A stretch of 64,000 nucleotides of DNA, taken from contig NC_068984.1 in NCBI RefSeq assembly GCF_001194135.2, forward strand, positions 102,264,707 to 102,328,706, written 5' to 3'. A program made the translations under genes and the position numbers. Of the stretch, positions 40,901 to 54,200 are shown piece by piece. Each line of letters opens with the position of its first letter. Position 1 is the first letter of the stretch. Under the pieces are notes generated by a model. It saw only the letters and a list, made by a program, of their open reading frames with translations, ran no database searches and was not told where the DNA came from. The stretch comes from Octopus bimaculoides (Eukaryota).

Positions 40901-43900
40901 GAAGGTTGTTTACATCGTTAGTTTAGCTTATTCAGTGTAAAAATAATTAGATATCCATTGCATTCATATAAATCAAGGGGCTCTCTGATCTCATTGATTT
41001 TTTATGGCTAATCATTTCATAAGGTTGTTTGACATCACCAAGTGGTGTAATGTTCAGTTTTAATTTGTTAGTAAGTGGGCTCATTATTGTGGCCACTTCA
41101 TGAGGTCAACACTTTCACTAACTAATTAGAATTAGTAGGTGAGGTATCAACATTGTGATAGTTTCACTAATGTTTACGTATGAGTATGTAGGTCTGATTC
41201 AAATTTACTAATGAGTCAAAAGGATTAAACCATAGACCCACACAAAACCGACATCAAAGAAAATAGTCAAAAGGTTTCTGCTGCATCAACAAACTGCTCT
41301 TGAATTCAAACATTTTAACTCAGAAATCACTATTCAGGCAAATTCAGATTATCTTACATCTCAGTACATCTATATTTGTTTATTTTCACTTAACTTTGTT
41401 ATCTTGCTTTTATTTCATGCCAGCTTAGCTCAGCATTTTGATATTAAATATCCAAAGTTATATAGGTATTCAACAATAATTCCATAAGTGTGCAATGTAG
41501 CCAGAAGCAAGGAAGATAGTAACTGGTAAGGTAAACATAAAAACACTACAGATTTGTTATATTTTGACACATAACAGATTCAATATATAACAATAAGCCA
41601 ACAGATGAAATTAGATAACGGTTGTTTGAAACAGAATTTAAAATTAGAAGCTCGTTTAAATTAGAAAGTGCAATGAACTGTAAGTATGATGAAGTTTCAG
41701 TTGTAAGAGAGACAGGTGAGAAATGTAACATGGCGATAAGCCAGAAAATAAATAGTGAACAACAATATTAAATGTGGTAACGAAAGTAATAAGTTGAATC
41801 AAACATGTTCCCAAGTGAGAAGGAGTGTAGACAAAACATGATTTGGAAAGCAAAAGGTAAAGTAAAAACAAAAGACAGAATATTTTTCACCACACATGCA
41901 ATATAATGAGCATCACACACGCATACACACACACACACATATCTGTTATATGCAACAGAAGCAGTATGAAATTATAATTGCCTTCTATGTACCACACTGA
42001 ATGTAAATACATCACGTAAAAACAAATTTACTGTAGTATTTATCAAGAGCTAATATCTCTTATGAATGTGCTGTGTTTAAAAATACGATATATATCAGAA
42101 GCAGACAAAATTATCCTACAGCTTGTGAGAATGCTTGGTGTGCATTTCTGCCACCATGGGCATTGTCAATAGCATGCACTCACAGCCCCCATCCCTGACA
42201 CATCTATTTCCTTTACTCCCCCTCCCTCAAATTGACATTCATTGTGTCCACTTCAATCCTCATCTCCAATCATCTTGTCACAATCTTTTCAAATTGTAGT
42301 GCATTTACCTACCCACCCACTTTTTGTCTTCCCCCTATTTTCTCCTTGTACCTTGAAACTATGCCTTCATCATCTATCTCACTTTCCAGCTTTCCATGCA
42401 TTCACCATTTCAGCAAGACCTGTTCCCGTCCCTCAGTCATACTTTCACGTGCCTCAACACTATACCCCACTCAGTTGAGAGAGCTTCTCTTGTAGTACTT
42501 GGTGACCTCAATAATGCTGGTGCCATAGTAAAAGCATCTGATACACTCTCTTATGTTGTTGGCATTAGGAAGGACAGCCTTCAGTAAAAACCATGCCAGA
42601 GCAGATACTGGAGCTCAGCACAGCCTGCTGACTCCTCGGTTCCTGTTGAACTGTCTAACCGATGCCAGCACAAAAAAAAAGATGTTAAATGATGATGGTG
42701 ATATATATATATATATAATAATATTAGGGACAAAATCCAAAATTACAGGTAAAAACTCAATTAAAATCATATTATATTATATTATATTTATTATATTATA
42801 TTTATTATATTATATTATATATTATATTATATTTATCTTATGATATTTACTTTACTTTATATTATACTCATTTATTGTGCTTTTAATTATTAATTTTTCT
42901 ATGTGANNNNNNNNNNNNNNNNNNNNNNNNNNNNNNNNNNNNNNNNNNNNNNNNNNNNNNNNNNNNNNNNNNNNNNNNNNNNNNNNNNNNNNNNNNNNNN
43001 NNNNNNNNNNNNNNNNNNNNNNNNNNNNNNNNNNNNNNNNNNNNNNNNNNNNNNNNNNNNNNNNNNATATATACATATATATATATATAAGTTGTGTCTT
43101 GGGAGGGTCGTTTGGTTTATAAGAAATGGACACACTCTCTTCTTTTAATTATTATTAGTCAACTAGTAAACCAATTAACTACTTGATTGCTTGCTTGATC
43201 ATCTGACCTGGAGTAACAATGTCATATAATTGATGTAGTTGTGAATGGTGATGAAAGCTCTCTGAGAAACCAGTTGGTTGAGTGATTGATCAAACAATTA
43301 ATCAAGCAAGCGAATAGTCAATTGCTTAACTAGCTGACTAATAATAATCCTTTCTGAGGATTCCCAGGTCATGCACCGAATCTCTCTCTCACACACACAC
43401 ACACTCTCTCTCTCTCACAAACTTGTGGAAGGCTTTAAAATTCATTTTCATATTTTAAAAGAGAATCTGAGTTTATTTTCGATCTCTAAGAATGTTCTTT
43501 GGGGAGGGATTTCTCACTGACATTAAGCTGTTTAAGTGATTGGAGATCTTTATTCTCCAGTTCATAAAGAGCTCTTCTGTCTCGAGGAATGATGTTTTTG
43601 TATGTAGGCTCTCTTGTCTGTGACAAATTTAATGTATATGGCTCACATCATTGACATGAATTCTTTAAATTTCATATCAATGTCTTGCATAGAGACTTTT
43701 TTTTGCCAATTTTGCTGAAGTATCTATTTTTCAATTGATTCCCAGTCAGCCTTCTAAAACTTCAGATTTGATAGGGGTTGGGTGGCATCTGTGTGGAACA
43801 TATAATTATTTAGTTCTGGATCATGCATTGTTGGTTGTATCATGTTTTGGTCTGAGAAGATTGTTGGTGATATCTTCAAATTGTGGATAAGTTCTACATT

Positions 43901-46900
43901 GTTTCATCATAACGTATCTTTATTTATTGTCACACTGCCTTCTGTGTAGATGTGCTTATAGTTGGTACTAATGTGGTCACATGATCGAAGTTTGAGCCTG
44001 ATCACATCATTTTTCTTTCTGGCTATATAGTATAAGTATGGCCACTTCACTAGCAATGTGCACCAAAGAAGAACAAAGAGTAGTGATCTGATTTCTCTGG
44101 AAAAAGGGTGTATAATCAACAATGCAAGATACAGCGCTTTGCTGGCCAATAAACTGAAGTAAGCAATTCACACCAAATGCCGAAGCCTATTGTCGAAGAA
44201 AATTTTGTTGTTGCATGACAATGTACGCCCACACACAGCTAACCAGACTGTTGAAACCATTAACAAATTGGGTTTTGAGGGGCCGGAACACCTTGCCTAC
44301 AGCCCAGATCTCACTCCTTCTGACTATCGTATCTTTAGACCACTCAAAGATTGTTTATGAGGTCATCAATTTCCTATGGATGAAGATGTGAAAGAAGCAA
44401 TGCACAAATGGTTGCATGACCAACTGAAAACCTTTGTAGTGATTATATATAGTCAGTACAAGATGTTGATGTGGCTGCATGTATATTATTACAAGAGTTC
44501 ATATAGTGATGAAGAATAAATTCAAGGATTATATATTTACTACATAAAAATATATTTTATTTACTGGTTGATGATGATACATAATCAAAATGTAGAATCT
44601 AGTTGAATGAAGTAATCTATGCAAGAAAGTTCAGAGATAGAAAATGTAGAAATAACAGCTAAGTAGTGATTTTCAGTCATGTGGCATAGAGAAATAGATG
44701 GACATAGCAATGACATGAATGGCTCTAAGTCTAATTGACTAAGAAGCGAAGAGCAGGGTTAGCAAGCTGTTTTTATTAATGGAATGCTAGACATTCTAGA
44801 AACTTCGAAGAGAAATGTTAAACTTCTTGAATAATTAAGAATCATGTCTCATGACACAGATGCTTCGAGAAATTTAGTAAAGGGAGGTTACTCTATAATC
44901 CTTCTTGCAAGAGAGATCATTCAACTATTTAGCTATATAGACTACTACATCTTCTTGGAGAAAATATACAAGCTTGTGGACCACTGGATCAAGTGCATCG
45001 AAAAGGAGGAGACTACATAGAAAAATGACGTACTTGTTTATCCTATGCTTTTGTGTAGACATTGAAAAAACAAGAGTATGTATAGTTTTTGACTTTCCCT
45101 CATATATACACATATATTTATATACACAGTAGATTGAGAAAGATGTGAAGAGAGAGATACTTCAAGTACAGAAACAATCCTAGTAGAGATGGAAGGATAT
45201 GTGTATATTTATATGTGTATACACCCGCATATCGACACATACATACAATATATACATATATCTATATATGCACAAAATACATATATGTACACATGCATAT
45301 CTGGAGTGAAAGAGAGAGATGACAGAGAGGGAGGGGAGAAAAGAAAAAATTGTTTTAAATATGTATTGATTGATATGTTTGCACAAAAGTATTTTGGCAG
45401 AAAATATTTCTTCGAACTGGGATCATAGGGAACTTCTGAAAATTATATATATACATGTATATATAAAAGATAGATACAAAGAAAAATACTTTCAGTATGA
45501 TGGAAAGAGAAAAAAATGTATGTAACTACTGTACTGTCTGAAAACGCCTGAAAAATATGTAGCCTATTGTTTACAACAAAAGAAATCAAATTAAGTTGTT
45601 ATATCTACAATAATGCTGTAACATGTAAACAGAACAAAAACAAAATAAACAGAACAAAAACAAAACTTACCTGAAAATTTTGCCTAGTGAGAACTTTTGA
45701 GAATTAAACAAAAACACAAAAATTGCATACACACCTTTTTTCCAGTTAATATTCTAAGGTAATGTTATTACATGGAATGGAAACTTAAAATTTGTTTGGG
45801 AAATTATTTGAATTTTCCATAAAACACATGAAATTGTCAAAAATTTTAAATATAATACTTAAACCTCATATTTTTACATTTTTGTTGAAGATACTTTCTG
45901 TGCAGTATATTAATTTTATAATATACAGTATTTGAAGGCATCGAGCTGGCAGAATCATTTGCAGGCCGGGTGAAATGCTTAGCGGTATTTCATCTGCCAC
46001 TACATTCTGAGTTCAAATTCTGCTGAGGTTGACTTTGCCTTTCATCCTTTCGGGGTCGATTAAATAAATACTAATTATGCACTGGGGTCGATGTAATCAC
46101 CTTAGTCCATTTGTCTGTCCTTGTTTGTCCCCTCTATGTTTAGCCCCTTGTGGTAATAGTTCTTCATGATATTCATTGACCTTACTAAGACCTTCGACAC
46201 TGTTAACTGGCAAGCGCTATGGAAAGTTCTGAAAAAGCTTGGTATACCTGACAAGATGTTGAATGTTATCATCTCCTTTCATGAGGGAATGAAGGCTACT
46301 GTTGTGGCCAGTGGGGAATCTTTGGTTTCTTTCAACATTACAAATGGCACAAAGCAAGGTTGTGTTATGGCTCCTGTTTTGTTTGCACTCTTCTTTTCAG
46401 TGATGCTGAGGTATGCTTTTGGCAACATATAAAGTGGTGTCAAATTCCAGTTTTGAACAAGTGGTGGACTATTCAATCATCAGCATTTCAAAAACAGAAC
46501 ACTGCTACACACTAGTATTATTCATGATCTACTTTTTGAAAATGATGCTGCACTAGTAGTGACATATTTAGAGGAAACTCAGGAACTTCTAGACTGGTTT
46601 TCTGCTGCATGTAAAACCTTTGGTTTGACCATCAGCATAAAGAAGACAGAAGTAATCCACCAAACATGCCCTACTCTTAAACAAATTCGAGATGTGAAGC
46701 AGAGGCCATTGATTCACAATTTTCCTGACAGTCCTATACAGGTTGATGGGATAAAACCTAAATTATGCAAAGTCATTTACATATCTTGGTAGTAAAGTGA
46801 ATTCAAGTGCTTGCCTTGATGATGAAATTGTCAACTGTCTTGCAAAGGTAACCAATGCATTTGGCAAACTCTGTCATTGCCTATGGATTGAAAGGGGTAT

Positions 46901-47580
46901 CAAACTTGACACCAAAGTACATGTCTATAAAGCTGCTATTCTTACTACTCTCTTGTATGGCTCAGAATCGTGGATACTCTATAGACAACACATTAATCAA
47001 CTAGACATCTTCCACAAAGGCTGTCTGAGGACAATCTGTGGTTATTCATTAAAAGACAAAATTTCTAATGTTGACCCATTTAGTAAGTATAAGATTGGTG
47101 GAATTGAGAGCTTCCTTATGCAATCACAATTGCACTGGGTTGTCCATGTCATCAGAATGAGTAACGAAAGAATACCCAAAGTCCTCATGTACAGCCATCT
47201 TGAGAGTGGGCACAGGAATGTTGGTCAACCATGGCTCAGATATAAGGACAAGCTGAAGAGTAACCTCTTAGAAATGAAGATAGCTCACAACACTTTTGCA
47301 CGAACAGCCGTGGAAGGAAGAAAATGGAGATCATTGTGACAAAATGGTATTAGAAACTCTGTCGCAACCAGCATAAACAGGCTTCAGGGTGCAAGGCAAA
47401 AGAGAAAAGCGGCCGCAAATATACCACCTGCATTGACCTGTAATCCTCATACTTGCAGCATCAGTAGCCTTCTTTGCAAATCATTGGTGGGACTTAAATG
47501 TGTCATTAGACATAAGCATTATGACTGACAAAGAAAGAGTACATTGTCAGAGCCTCATACATTGAAACCAACGGGAGAGT

Positions 47581-47631
<51 letters not shown>

Positions 47632-48860
47632 ATATACACACACACATACATAACTATATATATGCATGCACAGACATACACACACACGTGCACATATATA
47701 TATATAACGAAATACGTATAGAAAATATCACATCTTTAATTGTAGAATNNNNNNNNNNNNNNNNNNNNNNNNNNNNNNNNNNNNNNNNNNNNNNNNNNNN
47801 NNNNNNNNNNNNNNNNNNNNNNNNNNNNNNNNNNNNNNNNNNNNNNNNNNNNNNNNNNNNNNNNNNNNNNNNNNNNNNNNNNNNNNNNNNNNNNNNNNNN
47901 NNNNNNNNNNNNNNNNNNNNNNNNNNNNNNNNNNNNNNNNNNNNNNNNNNNNNNNNNNNNNNNNNNNNNNNNNNNNNNNNNNNNNNNNNNNNNNNNNNNN
48001 NNNNNNNNNNNNNNNNNNNNNNNNNNNNNNNNNNNNNNNNNNNNNNNNNNNNNNNNNNNNNNNNNNNNNNNNNNNNNNNNNNNNNNNNNNATATTGTTAT
48101 ATATCATCATCAGCAGCAGCATTTAACATCCATCTTTCAATGCTGCCATAGGTTGGACAGTTTGACAAGGACAGATGAGTCAGAGAGTTCTGCCAGTTTC
48201 TATGTCAGGTTTGGCATGGTCTCTACAGCTGGATGACCTTCCTAATGCCAACCACTTAAAGAATGTACTGCATGCTTCTTATGAGGCACCAGCACCGGTG
48301 AGATCAAGTATCAGCAACATAAGACACCTCAACTAAGTTGGGTACAGACTGGAGGAATAAAATGATAGAGGGAGAGGAGCAGATGTCTTGCTGAAGAGGT
48401 GAATACATAGCTTGCCCACCTGGAAAAAGGAGAGGGAGAGAACAAGAGAAAGATGTGAGGTCCAGCTGCAAAATGAATATGAGACAGAATAGGATAGAAG
48501 AGGGGATGGATGTGTAGGCAAGTGAACCATGTGAAAATGATAGGGAATGAGTTGGATGCAGAGGATATAAGTTCAGTGTAGGGGGAAGTGAAGAATGTAA
48601 GGTAACACAGAAGATTGATGGAAGAGTGGGTGTAAGAAGATGAGTTGTGGGGAAAGGCTTGACAGTACCTCAGCTCTGCATAGATGGATGGGTTCTTAAA
48701 TACAGTATAACACCATTCATTTCAGTACTCCATCATCTCTTAAAGGCTCAACATCTTTTGTGTGTGAGTGTGTGAGTGTGTATGTGTGTGTGTGTGAGTG
48801 TGTATGTATGTGTGTGCATGCATGTGTGTGTATACATATATACAAACCTATAAACATACA

Positions 48861-48904
<44 letters not shown>

Positions 48905-51120
48905 TACATACATATATACATACATATGCATATATGTACATACAAATGTGTCTGCATGGATGATGGTGCACTTGCATTTAATGATTCTGCAAAGAAAGAG
49001 TCTTGGAAATGCCATTATGAAAGGCTGCTAAACACACAGAATGAATGGGAGAAGGAGTGTCTGCCAATTGTTGAACCAACAAAGGAACTAGCTATCTGAA
49101 TTGACAGTAGCTTAGTAGATTAGGCAATTAAGGACATAAAGACAAGGAAAGCCACTAGCCCATCAGGAATCTCCACTGAGATGATTAAAATATCAGGTGG
49201 AGCAGGATATAACTTAGTCACCTGTATAGTTAATGAGGTTGTCCATGAGTGAGTCATATGCAATGATTGGTGTAACAGCATCATAGTCAACTGCTACAAA
49301 GGCAAAGCTGACACATTAGACAGGAATAATTACAGAGGCATAAAACTGGCAGACCAGGTGATGAAAGTCATACAAAGGTCATATCTCAATTAAAGAGAGA
49401 ATTAGTGTAGATGAAATGCAGTTCAGATTTGTGCCAGGTAGGAACATGACTGGTGCTAAATTCCTGGTTAGGCAACTGCAGGAGAAATATCTAGCTAAAA
49501 ATAAACCCCTGCACCTGGCTTTTGTTGACATGGAGAAAGCCTTTGACAGTCTCCTGCTCCCTTATCTGGTGGTCAATACGGAAGCTAGGGATAAATGAGT
49601 GGTTGGTGAGAGCTGTACAAATCATGTACAAGGATGCTGTCTGTAAGGTGAAGGTTAGCAATGAGTATTGTGAGGAATTCAGGATACAAGTAGGGGTTCA
49701 CCAAGGATCAGTCCTCAGCCCCCTCTTGTTTATCATAGTCCTCCAGGCAATAACAGAGGAATTTGAGATGGGTTGCCCCTGGGAGTTCCTCTATGTTGAT
49801 AACCTTGTTCTGATAGCTGAATCAATACCAGAACTAGAAAAGAAATTTCAGGCAAGGAAGCAAGGTCTGGCTAGATCAAAAGGTTTAAGAGTTAATCTAG
49901 CAAAAACCAAAGCCTTAGTAAGTAAGAGAGCTGACAAATCACAAATCTCTTCAGATAGATGTCTCTGCTCCATCTGTAGAAAATGTGTTGGTAGTAATTC
50001 CATAAGTAACTCCTAGTGTAAGCTATAAACACATAAGAGGTGCACAGATATAATTAACACTAAAAATGACTCCCTCAAATGCCAAGGGAAAAACTAGAAG
50101 TAGTTGATAGCTTCTGTTACCTTGGTGACCAAGTTAGTTGCAGAGATGGATGCTCTAAGAGCATAGCTGCAAGAATAAGGATAGGCTGGGCATAGTTCAG
50201 AATGTTTCTACCTCTGTTGGTAACAAAGAGCATCTCCCTCAGTGTGAAAGGCAGATTGTACAATGCCTGTGTTGGAAGAGACACGCTACAAAGGCAGTGA
50301 TCACTGAGGAAATGTGAAGGCTTGAAAGAAATGAAACTAGTATGCTTTGCTGGATAACAATGTTAGTGTGCATGTACAACAGAGTATAAGCATCTTGAGA
50401 GAAAAGTTGGATATAAGAGGCATCAGATGTGGTGTGCAAGAGAGACAACTACACTGGTACGGTAATGTAATGTGTATAGATAAGGACAACTGTGTAAAGA
50501 AATACAGATCTCTAACTGTGGAGAGAACCTGTGGAAGAGGTAGACCCAGGAAGACATGTGACAAGGTGATGAAGCATGATCTTTGAATGTTGGGCCTCAT
50601 GGAGACAATGACAAGTGACCGAGACCTTTGGCAATATGCCGTGCTTGAGAATAGCTGTCAAGCTAAGTGAAATTGCAGTCATGGTCAATGCTAGTGTTAT
50701 GTAACTGGCACCCATGCCAGTGGCATGTAAAAAGCCCCATTCGAACTTTGGGCCACATGGAGGCAGTGACAAGTGACTGAGACCTTTGGCAAGACATCGT
50801 GCTTGAGAAGACCTGTCAAACCAAGTGAGATCCTAGTCATGGCCAATGCTGGTGTTTTGTTATTGGCACATGTACTGGGTGCACATAAAAAGCACCTACT
50901 ACACTCTTGGAGTGGTTGGTATTAGGAAGGGTGTCCAGCAGTAAAAACCACACCAAATCAGATTGAAACCTGGTGCAGCTCCCCAGTTTACCAGTTTTCA
51001 GTCAAATCATCCAACCCATGCCAGCATGGAAAACGGACATTAAATGATGATGATGATGATATATATACACACATGTATATATATTTGTATATATAGATAT
51101 GTGTATATTTGTGTGTGTGT

Positions 51121-51205
<85 letters not shown>

Positions 51206-54200
51206 GTTTTGTACCATAGTATATTCCCATGTACTTAGTCCTGCATCACTTCATTTATGAGAATCTGATACCCCTCACTGATTATAGCAACAAGTTGTTC
51301 ACTACATCCACCAGCTGTAACAGTATACCTTTGATAGCTGAACTAATACATATATTTTAGTACTCACTTTTCAGAATATCGCATCCAGTATTTTGGAACC
51401 TCCAATTGAAACTTGTGCATTAAACGAAACTGCAATATAAACATGAAATAGTTTTATGCTGTGGCAACAATTAATTTGATTAAACGATAAAGATATTTAT
51501 GTGATGTTCTAAAGCTAAATATATAATTTGAAATGACAGACACACATTTAGCTTTCTTTTGTTGATAATGAAGTAATAACAAATACCAAAATATCAGAGG
51601 GAAAAATGCTCTTGTTACTGATAACTCTGTTAGACTCTTTGCCCACTGGTGATACTCTTTTCACTTTTTCAGAAATTTCACATTGCTTTCCTTCTCAAGC
51701 CTACCAAGCTGGTAGACCTGAGGTTGTTATGCAAACCATATTGTAGAATTTATGTCACTCAAGACTTAAATAGTAAATAAAGCACTAATTTTCCTGCAAA
51801 TTTTCTTGCAAGAGGGTATATGAACGAACAAGTCTGACAGAGTATTAACTTTCAAGTGAGTTGAATGATCATGATGATGATGATCATCATCATTTTATGT
51901 CCATAATACAATTCTATATTTCTAAGATGAGGAATTTATTTATATGTATATACTGCTTGTATTAGTGAGACTGGTGTCCTCATCTTGATTGTTGCTTTCA
52001 CTATGTTTCAGCCATTCAATGCTCCACCCTTCTTCAGGTGTCTTGTGTTGAACTCAGTTGTATTGGAATTTCAAACCTAACCCTCTATTTCAAAGGTTCT
52101 CAACCATTTTTTATCTATGGCACTCTTTGATTACTATTTCATTCTGGTGGATCCCCATAACCACTCAATACAGTTTTATAGAATCTTCTTTCAAAATTCC
52201 TATATTGTTCTTCACACATTAACTTGTGCAGATTGAACTATGTCAAATGTTAAAGAAAGCAAAATCTTTTCAAGGAACCTTAAAATGCTATTATGGATCC
52301 CCAATTTACTATTTTGTTGCATGGACCTCCACCTCCCCCTATCTTATATGGACCCTGGTTGAGAATCACTGCTTTATTTGGTTCACAAGGATACACTGAT
52401 GTCATTCTGCTCTCTGCATCTCATGCAATTTCTTTTTGTTTTTTTGTTTTGCTTCAGTTGATTTTTTGTGAATTACTTCAGTGCCTTGTCTGGGACTGAA
52501 CTCAGAATGGGTATAGCATAGTAAATAAAAACGTTGCAGTCACCAAGGGATTCTGAGTTCAATCCCCAGTAAGGCACTAAGGTAATTCACAAAAAAAATC
52601 AACTGAAGCAAAAAAAAAGAAGTTACAAAACACAGAGAGTGGTATGAGAACAATGTACCTCTGTAGATCAAATAAAAGGTTAGGTTTGAAATTCCAATAA
52701 AACAACTGAGTTCAACATTAGACACTTGAAGGAGGCTGGAGCATACAACAACCAAAATGTAGTGAAAGCAACAATCAAAATGGGAACACCAGTCCGACTA
52801 ACATAAACAGTATATATAGTTTAACATCCATGTTCCATGCTGGCATGGGTTGGACAGTTTGATAGCATCTGATGAGTTTAAGGATTGCATCATGCTCCAG
52901 TGTCTGCTTTGGCTTGGTTTCTACAGTTGGATGCCTTTCCTAATACCACTCACTTTACAGTGTGAACTGGGTGCCATTTTAGTGCTACCAGCACTATTGA
53001 TGTTGCCATGTGACTTGCAAGACCACAAACCCTGAAGGAAGTGGGGAGTTGGCTTTATGTTAGGGAATGAGTAATAGAGGAGTAGTGGTGATGGGGGAAG
53101 AGCAAAGCAGGCTCTTGTAGAAGAACTGCATGGTTAGTAGGGGAGGGAAAGAACAAGAGCTGTGAATGATATATGTGTATGTGTGTGAGAGAGAGAGAGA
53201 ATGTCAGCAGAGAGAGAGAAAGAGAGAGAGATATCACAATGTCAAGCAGTAAGCTGAATACAATTCTTGCTTCCTCTGGAAGATAAATCCATCAAGTGGA
53301 TTTCCTTGGAGTGTGTTCCAGTTAACTTGAGTTGGTCCACAGCTGGGTTTGAACAGAGAATTAATTAGTTAAGAATAAACTATTATACCTGGAATTTGAT
53401 GATCTAGAGAAAGCCATCGATAGGGTGTCCCACTGTGTGATATGGTGAGCTCTATGGAGGCTAGGGAATAGACAAGTGATTAGTGAAAGCTGTACAGGCC
53501 ATGTACAAAGACACTGTCAGTAAGGTGAGAGTTAACCATGAGCACAGTGAAGAATTTGGTGTACAGGTAGGGGTTCATCAAAGTTCAGTCCTTAGTCCCC
53601 TTTTTTTATTATTGTCCTCCAGGCCATAACAGAAAATCAAGACCGGCAGCCCTTGAGAACTACTATATACTGATGATCTTGCCCTCATAGCAGATTCCAT
53701 ATCAGAGCTAGAAGAGAAATTCCAGGTGTGGAAGAAAAACCTGGAATCTAAGGCCCTTAAGGTTAGCTTAGCAGAGACTAAGGTCCTAGTAAGTAAGAAA
53801 ACTGACAGGACACTCCCCCACTCAAGTAGGTGGCCCTGTTCAATTTCTAGGAAAGGTGTAGGCAGGAACTCCATATGGTGTACCCAGTGTAAGCTATGGA
53901 CACATAAGAGGTGTGGTGGATTAATAGGAAGGTTATCAAAGAAAAAGGTTTTCATATGTGAAAGACGCATAGGGTCTATAAAAACTTTAGAGACTCAGTA
54001 AATTGATTCTCTCAAATGCCCTGGTGGCTCATTAGAGGTAGTAAATAATTTCTGCTATTTAGGGGACCAAATTAGTAGTGGAGGAGGATGCGCAGAGAGT
54101 GTGACAGCTAGAACAAGAATAGGACGGAGGAAATTCAGTGAGCTGTTACCTTTGTTGGCCATGAAAGGTTTTTCTCTTTAAGTGAAAGGAAGGTTGTGTG

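Noticed and set aside
45671-45693. 13/23-nt microexon candidate with perfect CAG|gtaagt donor
   Set aside because: Frameshifting, weak AAG acceptor, not needed for the reading frame.
21304-48236. Long ORFs of 128-348 aa made mostly of X
   Set aside because: They span N gaps and are artefacts.
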